Shown: positions 25,229 through 35,260 of the stretch, in pieces | Layout: the number at the start of each line of letters is the position of its first letter | Numbering within the stretch: position 1 is the stretch's first letter | NCBI GenBank assembly: GCA_964453605.1 | Contig: CAYVOI010000001.1 | Location: 612,095 to 676,094, forward strand | Direction of reading: 5' to 3' | Length of the DNA stretch: 64,000 nucleotides | From: an uncultured Gammaproteobacteria bacterium | GTDB lineage: Bacteria; Patescibacteriota; Patescibacteriia; Veblenbacterales; UBA10138 | Made by a program: the position numbers and the translations under genes | Notes under the pieces: model-generated | What the model saw: only the letters and a program-made list of their open reading frames with translations | Told to the model about the DNA's origin: nothing | Databases searched by the model: none

Positions 25229-26367
25229 ACGCCTTCAGCCTGAACGGCCTGCCGTGAAATGTTAGTCACCATACCTAGAGCAGCTAAGGTGGTGGCGAGT
25301 GCCGTGCCACCGTAGGAAACAAACGGTAGTGGCACGCCCGTAAGCGGCAACAAGCCAACCATGGAGGCTACGTTGAGGCACGTTTGCCACCCCAACCAAA
25401 CCATAATACCGCAGGCCAGGTAGCGGCCAAAGGCATCGGGCGCGCGTTTGGCAATCCGGAGCCCCCGCCACCAAAAGGCCCCAACCAGCAACAGGAAGAG
25501 CAGGGTAAACACAAACCCAAGCTCTTCGGCGACCACGGCGAAAACCGAATCCCCCGTTACCTCTGGCAGGTACTGGTACTTCTGCCTGGAGTACCCAAGG
25601 CCCAAACCAAACCAGCCGCCGCTGCCCACGGCTAAGAGTGCCTGGTTAATGTGATAGCCAATACCCTGCGGGTCTAGCTCAGGGTTCAGGAACACGGTGA
25701 GGCGCCGAGCTGAGTGAGAAAAAAATTTCACCACCACCCACATGGCAAGTAGCCCTCCGACGCCGAGAGTTACCACCTGGCTCCAACCAGCGCCAGCGAC
25801 TAAGTACGTGCAGAAAACGCTCACCGCCACCACGGACATAGTGCCAAGGTCCGGTTGCAAGGTGATGAGCGCCAACACAGCGCCAACCGTGAGCACGAAT
25901 GGCCAAAACCCGGCTCGCCACTGCCTCAGGCCCTCCTCACCTCTGGCCTCGAGCCAAGCTGCCAGGTAAATAAGCAGCGTAAGCTTTACTACCTCGCTGG
26001 GCTGGAACACAAAACTACCAAAGGCTACCCAACGCCTGGCCCCGCCGTGGCTAAATCCTACGCCCGGCAGAAACACCAGCAGCAGGAGTACCAACGATAC
26101 CGCCAGCGCCAGTGGCGCCCACGGCTTCAGGCGCTGGTAGTTAACCTTACTCAAAATAAGGTAGAGCACTAGGCCGGGTGCCAAACCAAACCAAATCTGG
26201 TGCTTGAGGTAGTAGTAGCTGTCACCAAATTTTTGGAAGGAGACAACGGAAGAGGCCGACGATAGTAAAATGAGCCCCACCACAACCAGAGCGGCAGTAA
26301 GCATAATAAAGACGTAGTCTGGCCGGCCAGAACTGGTGAAGCGCGTAATTGGTGAAGTGCGTGCCAT
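25225..26367 (-). CDS. ftsW: SEDS peptidoglycan polymerase FtsW
   Basis: GARRW, FQPSE, QPDLGT, EELGF, LPFVSYGG; dcw context. Confidence 0.93.
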   Translation of the reverse strand: MARTSPITRFTSSGRPDYVFIMLTAALVVVGLILLSSASSVVSFQKFGDSYYYLKHQIWFGLAPGLVLYLILSKVNYQRLKPWAPLALAVSLVLLLLVFLPGVGFSHGGARRWVAFGSFVFQPSEVVKLTLLIYLAAWLEARGEEGLRQWRAGFWPFVLTVGAVLALITLQPDLGTMSVVAVSVFCTYLVAGAGWSQVVTLGVGGLLAMWVVVKFFSHSARRLTVFLNPELDPQGIGYHINQALLAVGSGGWFGLGLGYSRQKYQYLPEVTGDSVFAVVAEELGFVFTLLFLLLVGAFWWRGLRIAKRAPDAFGRYLACGIMVWLGWQTCLNVASMVGLLPLTGVPLPFVSYGGTALATTLAALGMVTNISRQAVQAEGV

Positions 26368-26370
26368 AGC

Positions 26371-27753
26371 TTAGCGTAAACGGCGCACGGCTCTCACAAA
26401 CTGCTCTCCCCGGTCAAACTCGTGCTTAAACACACCAAAACTAGCGGCACCGGGGCTGAGGAGTACAACTCCACGAGGCGGCACAACCTGAGAGGCCAGG
26501 TGAACGGCTTTTGGCATGTTCCGAGCGAGCAGCACCCGGCGGAAGCCCTTGAGCGCGGCCTGGAGTTTCACCGTAGCCGTACCCGGCAGCAGTACCAAGC
26601 AGGCGACCGAGCGGCGGATATCGCGTGCCAGCTCAGTGTAGTCTAAAGACTTATCGGCACCGCCCGCAATCAGCACCACATTCTGACCACTGAAGGCCTC
26701 AAGTGCAGCTTGGGTAGCCACCGGTGCGGTGGCCGTGGTGTCATTGTAGTACCTGACACCGTGCACCTCCGCTACCCACTCTAGCCTGTCGTGTAAACCA
26801 TGGAAGACGCGGACGCCAGCGCGAATTTTGGCAGGCGGCACACCGGCGAGGTAGCCGGCGGTGGCAGCGGCCAGGACGTTAGCGCGGTTGTGCGTGCCCG
26901 CCAGCTTCAGGTCGGAGAGTTGGAATAACTTTACGCGCTTGCGACCATCACGGAAGTAAACTGCATCTTTCTGCACATACGCACCACGGGTAACTGATTT
27001 TGTAACCGAAAACCAGTACACGCGCGAAGGCGCGAGCTTAGCAAACCCACGTGTTACTGGGTTATCGTAGTTTAAAACTACACTATCCTCTGCACGCTGG
27101 TAGCGGAACAGGTTAGCTTTGGCACGAGCGTAGTCCGCCATGTTCCGATAGCGATTCAAATGTTCGGGCAGCACGTTGGTCACCACCGCCAGCGGTAGAC
27201 GCTGGTGGTGTGCCCCCATAACTTCGAGGTGCCAGCTCGAAAGTTCTAAAACCACCGGCGCGGCAGGCGTAAGTTTATCCAGCACATCGAACATCACCTG
27301 GTCGCGAATGTTGCCCGCGACCACAGTTTTTTTATTCCACCGCTTGAGCATTGCCCCAAGCAGCGCTGCGGTGGTGGACTTACCTTTACTCCCCGTCACC
27401 CCTACTACTAAGCGGCTGGGGCAGAGCTTTAAAAACAAACTTGCCTCGTTCTCAATGGGGACACCACGGCGATGAGCTGCCGTAAGGAGCGGCAGCTCTC
27501 GTGGCACACCAGGGTTTTGCATAATGAGATCACACCGGCCAAGGAGCGAGATCGGGTGCCCACCGAAGATGTAGCGAATTGGTAAACCCGTAAGTTGCCG
27601 CCAGCTCTCCCGCAGTTCGCTCCGTGATTTACTATCGCTCACCGTCACACGCGCGCCGTGCCGCGCGAGCCAGCGCGCCACGGCCACCCCACCACCGTGC
27701 AGGCCCAAACCCAACACGAGCACTCGCTTGCCCCTGAGGTCAGAGAGTTCCAT
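26371..27753 (-). CDS. murD: UDP-MurNAc-L-Ala--D-glutamate ligase
   Basis: VTGSKGKSTT, ELSSW, EHLNRY, YNDTTAT, LSPGAASF. Confidence 0.95.
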   Translation of the reverse strand: MELSDLRGKRVLVLGLGLHGGGVAVARWLARHGARVTVSDSKSRSELRESWRQLTGLPIRYIFGGHPISLLGRCDLIMQNPGVPRELPLLTAAHRRGVPIENEASLFLKLCPSRLVVGVTGSKGKSTTAALLGAMLKRWNKKTVVAGNIRDQVMFDVLDKLTPAAPVVLELSSWHLEVMGAHHQRLPLAVVTNVLPEHLNRYRNMADYARAKANLFRYQRAEDSVVLNYDNPVTRGFAKLAPSRVYWFSVTKSVTRGAYVQKDAVYFRDGRKRVKLFQLSDLKLAGTHNRANVLAAATAGYLAGVPPAKIRAGVRVFHGLHDRLEWVAEVHGVRYYNDTTATAPVATQAALEAFSGQNVVLIAGGADKSLDYTELARDIRRSVACLVLLPGTATVKLQAALKGFRRVLLARNMPKAVHLASQVVPPRGVVLLSPGAASFGVFKHEFDRGEQFVRAVRRLR

Positions 27754-27764
27754 ACGTCCACCAC

Positions 27765-28796
27765 TCAGGTTGCCCGATCCAAGAGCGCAATAATAACACC
27801 CGCCACGCCGGTAACCGCGGAAATAACCCAAAACCGCATCACAATCTTAGGTTCCGGCCAGCCAATAGCTTCCAGGTGGTGGTGAATCGGCGCCGACAGG
27901 AACACCTTTTTGCCGCGGAATCGCTTGGACACGAGCTGGATAATTACGGACAGCGACTCAACTACAAACAGCAGCCCGATAATAGGGAGCAGGAACACGG
28001 TATTGGTAAGGAGCGCCACCATCCCCAACGTAACCCCCAGGGACATAGCACCGGTGTCGCCCATGAAGAAGCGAGCGGGGTTAATGTTAAACCACAGAAA
28101 CGCCAGGAGTGCCCCCACAATGACGCCGCAGAACACGCTCAGGTTATACCGCCCCTGCAGGAAGGCGATGGCAGCGTACGCGGCAAAGGCTGAGAGTAGC
28201 GTGCCGCCTGCCAGACCGTCCAACCCGTCGATCTCATTGACCGAGAACGAGGTGGCCACAATGGTAAAAATGAAAATGGGTACGTACCACCAACCGATGC
28301 TGAAGTTACCTGAGAACGGCACGTGCAGCACATCCCAGCCGAGCTTAGCCGAAAACCACCACGCGCCGACCACCGCAATGGCAGTATAGATGAGAAGCCG
28401 GTGGCGCATGGTGAGCCCGCCACCCTTAGGCCCTAAACCCCGTACGTTGTACCAGTCGTCAACCAAACCAACAATGGCCGAGGCCACCAAGGCACCTAAG
28501 GGAAGTACGGTTTCACCCCGGGTCAAAAAATTGAGGTGCACCACCCCGAGCTGGTCGAGCCAGAAGAAGAGGACTGCCACTACCAGTGTGGTCACCCAGA
28601 CCAAGAGCCCGCCCATGGTTGGCGTGCCGCTCTTGGCCTGGTGGAGCGCGGACATAATAGGTGCACTGGCCGTGTCGCGGATTTTTTTCCCGAGGCGGTA
28701 CTTGAACAGTACGTGCGCCAGGAGCGGCGTCCACGCAATAGCGAGCACGAACGACAGTGTGGTAAGTATGAGTACCTGAGCGGTAGCGTCGACCAT
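27765..28796 (-). CDS. mraY: Phospho-MurNAc-pentapeptide transferase
   Basis: KSGTPTMGG, NEIDGLDGL, FMGDTG, APIHHHLE. Confidence 0.97.
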   Translation of the reverse strand: MVDATAQVLILTTLSFVLAIAWTPLLAHVLFKYRLGKKIRDTASAPIMSALHQAKSGTPTMGGLLVWVTTLVVAVLFFWLDQLGVVHLNFLTRGETVLPLGALVASAIVGLVDDWYNVRGLGPKGGGLTMRHRLLIYTAIAVVGAWWFSAKLGWDVLHVPFSGNFSIGWWYVPIFIFTIVATSFSVNEIDGLDGLAGGTLLSAFAAYAAIAFLQGRYNLSVFCGVIVGALLAFLWFNINPARFFMGDTGAMSLGVTLGMVALLTNTVFLLPIIGLLFVVESLSVIIQLVSKRFRGKKVFLSAPIHHHLEAIGWPEPKIVMRFWVISAVTGVAGVIIALLDRAT

Positions 28797-28805
28797 AGCT
28801 GAGCC

Positions 28806-29225
28806 TTAGCTATTGAACTGCCGAAGCAGTACCGTGAGCCACAGCCAGCCTGCTCCCACCACCACCGCTGCCCACAGCCAGAAGTACCTCAGAGCCAGCG
28901 TACGTCGCGCTACGGTGTAAGCGCAGGCTACGTTAGCTACCAAGCACACGGTGGCGACGCCGGGAACTAAGAGAAAACCAACGCGGTCAGTGAGCCAGTT
29001 AGTGCCAACGTAAATGGAGTAGCGAAGCCTGAGCGAATTCGCAAACGGTGCCGGGGCAGTGAGCACCACTACCCAGGTAGCCAGTAGGAACAGGCACGAG
29101 AGCACCAGGGGCACCGCCACACCCGGTTGACGCCAAAAGGCTCGCCACGCCTCACGCTGCCACAGAAAGGGTTGACCAAACATACGACTACTGGTGATTG
29201 TAAGCTGCGCCGTACTCCTTGGCAA
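28806..29225 (-). CDS. Hypothetical membrane protein (start uncertain)
   Basis: Three hydrophobic segments; first gene of mraY operon. Confidence 0.65.
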   Translation of the reverse strand: MPRSTAQLTITSSRMFGQPFLWQREAWRAFWRQPGVAVPLVLSCLFLLATWVVVLTAPAPFANSLRLRYSIYVGTNWLTDRVGFLLVPGVATVCLVANVACAYTVARRTLALRYFWLWAAVVVGAGWLWLTVLLRQFNS

Positions 29226-29244
29226 ACGGTGCCTTCCGTGTATG

Positions 29245-29273
29245 TTGCCACACAGCGCAAACTATGGTATAAT
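29245..29273 (+). promoter_or_regulatory. Promoter of pilus operon
   Basis: TTGCCA-17-TATAAT with extended -10 TG. Confidence 0.7.
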
Positions 29274-29344
29274 AAGCTAACGGACAGAAAAATTCAACCA
29301 CTGTTCCTAAAGACCTCAGGTCTCTCAGGAATTAGCAAACAAAT

Positions 29345-31087
29345 ATGCTCAACCAAAACCACCTTACCCAAGCGCTCCTGGCTACCAAAACCATCTCGAA
29401 CGATGATTTAAAGCAGATCAAGGAAAAGCTAAAGCGGGATCAGGTTAGCCTCGAGGATTACCTCTTGAAGCAACACCTCATAACCGAAGAGGCTCTCTAC
29501 CAAGCCTTGGCACGAGAGCTCAATTTGCCGTTCATCGATCTCAAGAACACGGTCATCCGCAAAGACATCTTGCTGGCTGTCCCTGAACCTATTGCCCAGG
29601 TGCACCAGCTGATCGCCTTCGACCGGGACGACAAAACGGTAAAAATTGCTAGCTGCGACCCGGAAGATCTTCAAACCTTTGAGTTCCTAGAGAAAAAGTT
29701 CGGCAGCAAGCTTATGGTGCACCTCACCACCCCCTCGTCGCTGCGGGAGGTGTTGAAGCAGTACCACAAGAGCCTGCGCGCTGAGTTTGCTGAGCTCACG
29801 AAAGAGGAACCGGGTGGCGAAGGGGAAAACGGTAGCGAGGCCAAGGGGAGCGACCTCAAGCAGCTGGCGACCGACCTGCCGGTAGTTAGGATTGTCGACA
29901 CCCTACTGGAGTACGCCATTTTTGAACGCGCCTCTGACATCCACATCGAGCCTACCGAGACCGACGTGGTGGTACGCTACCGGATTGATGGAGTCTTGCG
30001 GGACGTTATGACCCTACCCAAGAACGTGCAGGCAGGCTTGGTCGCCAGGCTCAAAATTCTCAGTAACCTCAAGCTCGACGAACACCGCCTACCCCAAGAC
30101 GGCCGCTTTAAGATTAAAACCAACGAGTACGAGGTTTCATTCCGCGTCTCCATTATTCCGGTGTTCGACGGCGAAAAAATCGTCATGCGTTTGCTCCAAG
30201 AGTCGAGCCAGGTGCTGACCTTAGAACAGCTGGGGTTCCAAGCCAAACCGCTCGAAATTTTGAAGCGCAGCATCAGTAAGCCCCACGGCATGATACTGGT
30301 CACGGGCCCCACGGGCTCAGGCAAAACCACCACGCTCTACTCAGTCCTCGCCCTGCTCAACACCACCGACGTCAACATCTGCACGGTGGAAGACCCGGTA
30401 GAGTACCGCATGCCGCGCATCAACCAGAGCCAGGTGAACCCCAGAATCGGCTTCACCTTTGCCGCTGGCCTCCGCTCGCTCCTCCGGCAAGACCCCGACA
30501 TAATCATGGTGGGCGAAATCCGTGATGCCGAAACTGCCGAGATTGCCATTCACGCCGCCATGACTGGCCACCTCGTGCTTTCCACCCTCCACACCAACGA
30601 CGCGGTGGGTACGCTCCCTAGGCTCCTCGACATGGGCATTGTTCCCTTTCTGGTCGCCTCCACCACCAACGTCATTGTGGCCCAGCGCCTGGTCAGGAAA
30701 ATCTGCACGAACTGCAAAACGAGCTACCAGCTCAGCAAAAAGAACGTCGATGAGCTCGGGCTTGAGCTCGACCTCAAGGCCCTACTCAAAACCCTAGAGC
30801 GGGAAAAGGTCCTGAATTCCAACCAGTCGCTCGAAACCCTAACCTTCTACCGCGGCAAAGGCTGCAAGCAGTGCAACGACGACGGCTACAAGGGGCGCCT
30901 GGGGATTTACGAGGTCTTCGAGGTGACGCCTGAGGTTTCAGACCTCATCCTGAACCGGGCCTCAAGCCGCGAGCTCAGCAAGGCGGCCCTGGGCCAAGGC
31001 ATGCTCACCATGCTGGAAGACGGCTTTATGAAAGCGGTGAAAGGGATTACGACCTTAGAAGAGGTGTTGCTGGCGGCCAAAGAGTAA
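29345..31087 (+). CDS. pilB: Type IV pilus assembly ATPase PilB/GspE
   Basis: ASDIHIEP, GPTGSGKTTTLY, LRQDPDIIMVGEIRD, two CxxC. Confidence 0.95.
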   Translation: MLNQNHLTQALLATKTISNDDLKQIKEKLKRDQVSLEDYLLKQHLITEEALYQALARELNLPFIDLKNTVIRKDILLAVPEPIAQVHQLIAFDRDDKTVKIASCDPEDLQTFEFLEKKFGSKLMVHLTTPSSLREVLKQYHKSLRAEFAELTKEEPGGEGENGSEAKGSDLKQLATDLPVVRIVDTLLEYAIFERASDIHIEPTETDVVVRYRIDGVLRDVMTLPKNVQAGLVARLKILSNLKLDEHRLPQDGRFKIKTNEYEVSFRVSIIPVFDGEKIVMRLLQESSQVLTLEQLGFQAKPLEILKRSISKPHGMILVTGPTGSGKTTTLYSVLALLNTTDVNICTVEDPVEYRMPRINQSQVNPRIGFTFAAGLRSLLRQDPDIIMVGEIRDAETAEIAIHAAMTGHLVLSTLHTNDAVGTLPRLLDMGIVPFLVASTTNVIVAQRLVRKICTNCKTSYQLSKKNVDELGLELDLKALLKTLEREKVLNSNQSLETLTFYRGKGCKQCNDDGYKGRLGIYEVFEVTPEVSDLILNRASSRELSKAALGQGMLTMLEDGFMKAVKGITTLEEVLLAAKE

Positions 31088-31096
31088 ACAAGTATG

Positions 31097-31348
31097 CCCG
31101 GATATACAACTTCGCTAGCGCTCGCCCCGCACCAGAGCGGAGCACGGTACGGGGCTTCGCCTTTCAACCTCAGTGTGGTACAAGTTGATAGGGAGCAACC
31201 CACTGCGCCCTCTATCCTGCTCTTGGTGCGCGGGCTCGTGACAACCACCAGGTACCATAACCTTATGCTTCGTACACGGACGTTATTCACTAATCATTCG
31301 TTTACCTCCACTCGCGCTTGGGTGGTTGAGCGAAGTTGATATACCGGG
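31097..31348. mobile_element. MITE-like 252-bp element with 20-bp imperfect terminal inverted repeats and TATG target duplication
   Basis: CCCGGATATACAACTTCGCT ... AGCGAAGTTGATATACCGGG, flanked by TATG at 31093-31096 and 31349-31352. Confidence 0.6.
31125..31160. repeat. REP-like imperfect palindrome, copy 2
   Basis: CCCCGCACCAG-N10-GGTACGGGGCTTCGC. Confidence 0.7.
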
Positions 31349-31349
31349 T

Positions 31350-32564
31350 ATGAAACTCGGCTACACCGCGCGAAACCAAGAGGGGAAACTTGAGCAGGGT
31401 GAGCTGGAGGTTGCCTCAGAACACGATCTGGCTGAAATCCTCCGTGCCCAAGGCTTGGTGCTGACGCACGTTACGGGCGCACCAAGTACCACCCCAGCTC
31501 AACCGCGGCGGTTTGAGTTCACGCTGCAGCGGGTGTCGGTGGTTGACAAAATATTCTTCACCCAAAACCTACAGGTTATGGTGAAGGCCGGGCTACCGCT
31601 CTCGACCGCGCTCAAAACTATTGCCCTGCAAACGGGTAATAAGACGTTCCAGCGCATTCTCCGTAGCGTTTCAGAGCAGGTGGACCGTGGTATAGCCATG
31701 TCCGATGCCCTGGTGCCCTACCCTAAGGTATTCTCCGAGCTCTTTGTGAACATGATTCGGGCCGGTGAAAAAAGCGGTAAATTGGAAGAGGTTTTAGAAC
31801 AGATTGCAACCCAGCTCCGCAAGAGCCACGCCCTGGTCTCCAAGGTACGCGGCGCGCTGACCTACCCCATCATCGTGGTGCTGGCTATGATCGGCATTGG
31901 TACCGGCATGATGGTGTTCGTGGTACCACAGATAACAAGCGTGTTTGAAGAAGTACACGCCACGCTACCCCTGCCAACCAGAATTTTGGTGGCGACCAGC
32001 CACTTCTTGGTCACGCACGGCGTGTGGGTAGCCCTCGGGGTCATTGTGCTGGGGGCTGGTTTTGTGCAGGTTATCCACCTGCCCAAAGGCCGCCGGCTCT
32101 GGCACGGGCTACTGCTCAAGCTCCCCATCGTAAGCCCAATTTTGAAAAAAATAAACCTGGCTAAGTTCTCCCGCACGTTCTCTTCGCTCCTCAAAACTGA
32201 CATCCCCATTGTGCAAGCCTTCCACATTACGGCGAGCACCCTCGGGAACAGCCTCTACCGTGAAGCGGTGGAGGAGGCGGCCGAGCAGGTAAAAAAAGGC
32301 GCCCCCGTTGCCACCATTATACGCACCCACCCCAAGCTCTTCTCGCCGCTCATCACGCAAATGGTAGCGGTGGGCGAAGAAACGGGCACCTTAGACAGCG
32401 TGCTGGACGAGCTGGCGGTGTTCTACGAAGACGACGTCGACCGCACCATGGGTAGCCTGGCCACCATTATCGAACCTGTCCTCATGCTGCTCCTCGGGGC
32501 TGGGGTGGGGGGCATTGCCGTCTCTATCATGCTGCCGCTGTACTCACTGTCCGAAAACTTTTAG
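31350..32564 (+). CDS. pilC: Type IV pilus platform protein PilC/GspF
   Basis: Two T2SSF domains: AGEKSGKLE..ALTYP; VGEETGTLD..IEP. Confidence 0.95.
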   Translation: MKLGYTARNQEGKLEQGELEVASEHDLAEILRAQGLVLTHVTGAPSTTPAQPRRFEFTLQRVSVVDKIFFTQNLQVMVKAGLPLSTALKTIALQTGNKTFQRILRSVSEQVDRGIAMSDALVPYPKVFSELFVNMIRAGEKSGKLEEVLEQIATQLRKSHALVSKVRGALTYPIIVVLAMIGIGTGMMVFVVPQITSVFEEVHATLPLPTRILVATSHFLVTHGVWVALGVIVLGAGFVQVIHLPKGRRLWHGLLLKLPIVSPILKKINLAKFSRTFSSLLKTDIPIVQAFHITASTLGNSLYREAVEEAAEQVKKGAPVATIIRTHPKLFSPLITQMVAVGEETGTLDSVLDELAVFYEDDVDRTMGSLATIIEPVLMLLLGAGVGGIAVSIMLPLYSLSENF

Positions 32565-32566
32565 CT

Positions 32567-33022
32567 ATGTTACTACATACCGAGCGCGCCGGACTAAGCC
32601 TGCTGGAAATTTTAACCACCGTCGCCATTGTTATCTTGTTGAGCCTCCTCGCTATACCCTACTTTAATTCCAGTAACCAGCACACCAGGCTCAAGGGTGA
32701 TGCCGAAGCACTAACCAGCGACCTCCGGCTCGCCCAACAGCGAACCATCGGGGAACAGGTGACCTACCTGGTCAAACTCTTCGACACTACCCCACCGAAG
32801 TACCAGCTCCTCAAACGCCAGAATGGTACTGATACGCTCATTAAGGAGCGCGCCTTGAGTACCGGCATCAGGTGGCAATCCTTGGGCACCTTTACCAACC
32901 ACGAAGTAGTGTTTACCCCCACCGGCGCGGTCAGCGAGTCGAGCGCTATCGTGCTCGCTAGCTCCGACAACGCGCAAGCGTCGGTTGAAGTTAAACCATC
33001 AGGCTATGTGCGAACCAACTAG
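32567..33022 (+). CDS. Minor pilin, FimT/GspH-like
   Basis: Prepilin motif AG|LSLLE; LRLAQQR; VVFTPTG. Confidence 0.8.
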   Translation: MLLHTERAGLSLLEILTTVAIVILLSLLAIPYFNSSNQHTRLKGDAEALTSDLRLAQQRTIGEQVTYLVKLFDTTPPKYQLLKRQNGTDTLIKERALSTGIRWQSLGTFTNHEVVFTPTGAVSESSAIVLASSDNAQASVEVKPSGYVRTN

Positions 33023-33431
33023 AACCAGGCGCGGTTTCAGCCTCATTGAGGGGCTAGTCGCCATCTCCATTATGGCCGTAGCCCTCATTACGGTGCTCGG
33101 GGCGGTACCCACCACGCTCCAGGCCAACAAACACGCCGAACTCGAGAGTTTGGCTTCGGTTTACGCCCGGGCCAAGCTCGAGGGCTTGCTCACCACCTCG
33201 TACGATGAACTTGGTACCGGCACCGTAGAACCGCGCACGGTGCTCTCCAGCGACCCAGCGAACCCAGCATCTAAGCTCTATCGCACCTCAACCGTTACGC
33301 TGCTCGACGCGAACTTCAGCCAGAGCTCAACCGACCAGGGCCTTAAAAAAATTACGGTCACCGTAGACTGGCCCAACCCCCGAGGAACATTAGGCACCTT
33401 GAGCTTCTCGAGCGTGCTCAGCCAGAAGTAG
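33006..33431 (+). CDS. Minor pilin, PilV/GspI-like
   Basis: RG|FSLIE; LKKITVTVDW. Confidence 0.8.
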   Translation: MCEPTRTRRGFSLIEGLVAISIMAVALITVLGAVPTTLQANKHAELESLASVYARAKLEGLLTTSYDELGTGTVEPRTVLSSDPANPASKLYRTSTVTLLDANFSQSSTDQGLKKITVTVDWPNPRGTLGTLSFSSVLSQK

Positions 33432-33437
33432 AACCTT

Positions 33438-34019
33438 GTGTACACTTCACGCTACCACCGCCAGCCAACCCGCCAACCTAAGCAGGGCTTTACCTTGGTC
33501 GAAACCGTGGTGGGGATATTCATTGGCCTGCTCGTTATCCTCTCCGCCTACTCTATATTCCAGCTAGCGCTCAGAACCAAACCCAGGCTACAGAACCGAG
33601 CTGAGATTATCCAGAACATGCGAGCAACGTTTGACCGCTTCTCGCGCGAACTCAGGCAAGCCAACATTATTGTAACGACGCTACCAGCCAACGAGATACT
33701 GTTTGAAGACGGCCACGGCAACCTTGATAACACGCCACTACAGTACCTGAGGTACCACCTGGTAGGCTCCGACCTCTACCGCGAGGTCAGCTACTACAGC
33801 TTCCCGGGTAATCCCTCCACCCACGTTAGCTACAACGACACCGATGCTAATGGTAACCTACCCACCAACACCGTAACCGAAGACCGGCTGATCGGCGAGT
33901 ACCTAAGTTCACTGAGCTTCACCACTGACGGCAGTACCATCGCCGTCACCGCCACGCTCTACCTTAACCACGAAACCCTAACCCTCACCACCAATGTCGC
34001 CTCACGCAACCTCAACTAA
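33438..34019 (+). CDS. Minor pilin, PilW/GspJ-like
   Basis: QG|FTLVE; RELRQA. Confidence 0.8.
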   Translation: MYTSRYHRQPTRQPKQGFTLVETVVGIFIGLLVILSAYSIFQLALRTKPRLQNRAEIIQNMRATFDRFSRELRQANIIVTTLPANEILFEDGHGNLDNTPLQYLRYHLVGSDLYREVSYYSFPGNPSTHVSYNDTDANGNLPTNTVTEDRLIGEYLSSLSFTTDGSTIAVTATLYLNHETLTLTTNVASRNLN

Positions 34020-35217
34020 CGCTAGGCGCGGGTTTGTGCTGCTCATTGTTTCGGCGATTAGCGCTGCGCTCCTGCTCCTCACCGGCTACCTCTTAGAGCA
34101 AGCTCGGAGCGAGATACGTATAGCCGTAAGCGAGCAGCAGGCCACCACCGCCTACTACCTCGCTGAAGCCGGCTCGAACGAAGCTATCTACAAGCTCAAA
34201 AACGACTCAACCTGGAAATCAAAATTTCTTACGGGGACGTTTACAAACGACAGCTTTACGCACAGCAACCTGTTCGGCGGTACCGGCAGCTACACCGTTA
34301 CTGCGTCGAGTGCTGGTGACGCGCTGGTAGACATAACGGTCACCGCCACCTACAGCGCTGGCGGGCAGCAATCTAAGCGCGTCATCAAGACGCGCTACAC
34401 CCGCGCCACAAACCCAGCCGACACCTGGGGACAGTCTATGTACGGTGGTGATACTTCAACACAGCAGAACGGTAACGTGACGGTGAGCCGCAACTGTACG
34501 GTGAACGGCGGCACCCTGCAAGCCAACCAAAACTTCAAAATCACCAACCACGCTACCCTGACCGTGAACAGCGCCGCAGTTAAGGCCAGCAACAACCTCA
34601 TCGTCAATGGCGGCGGCACCCTCGTGCTTAACAACAGCACCCGAACCGAGGGTGTCGCGAGCGTGGCGATGCCCCAGGTAGACTTTGACTCGAGCTCTGC
34701 CACCTCCCTCAAAAACCGAGCTGACCAAACGTACACCGCTGCCCAGTTCACCGCCCTACCCTCCGGTACCACCCTCAATGGCGTTACCTACGTCAGCGGT
34801 AACGCCACCTGGACGAACAAGAACCTGACTATTAACGGCATCCTAGCAGCGAGCGGTGACATTAGCATCACACTCACCAGCGCCTACACGCTAGCGATAA
34901 ACGATGGCAACGTCGCGAGCGGTGGCTCTGGGCTCTTAGGCAAGAACAACATCACCGCCTCGGTGACCGGCGGCCACCTCACTATTCGTGGCCTGGTCTA
35001 TGCGGTGAAAGACCTAACCGTGACAGCTAAATCCACTCCTACCTTCTCTGTCACCGGTGGGGTGTTAGGGTTCCACCTGTCACTCGGCGACAATGACACC
35101 TCAGGCACCTGCACTATCACCTACGACTCCACGCTAGCTTCGAGCCCCCTTGACCCAGCCCTCAATGGTAACGAGAGCCCCATCATACAAGTAAACCACT
35201 GGGAAGAGGAGTACTAG
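33994..35217 (+). CDS. Minor pilin PilX/GspK-like with C-terminal beta-solenoid
   Basis: RG|FVLLI lacking Glu5; AYYLAEAG; Gly/Thr/Asn-rich beta repeats; terminal WEE. Confidence 0.8.
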   Translation: MSPHATSTNARRGFVLLIVSAISAALLLLTGYLLEQARSEIRIAVSEQQATTAYYLAEAGSNEAIYKLKNDSTWKSKFLTGTFTNDSFTHSNLFGGTGSYTVTASSAGDALVDITVTATYSAGGQQSKRVIKTRYTRATNPADTWGQSMYGGDTSTQQNGNVTVSRNCTVNGGTLQANQNFKITNHATLTVNSAAVKASNNLIVNGGGTLVLNNSTRTEGVASVAMPQVDFDSSSATSLKNRADQTYTAAQFTALPSGTTLNGVTYVSGNATWTNKNLTINGILAASGDISITLTSAYTLAINDGNVASGGSGLLGKNNITASVTGGHLTIRGLVYAVKDLTVTAKSTPTFSVTGGVLGFHLSLGDNDTSGTCTITYDSTLASSPLDPALNGNESPIIQVNHWEEEY

Positions 35218-35260
35218 AGCTTCACGAATCACCAAAACGCTATGGTATACTGTAGTCACT

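Noticed and set aside
31094-31339. 81-aa ORF between pilB and pilC
   Set aside because: Starts at the duplicated ATG and reads through the MITE-like element; no transposase or pilin features.
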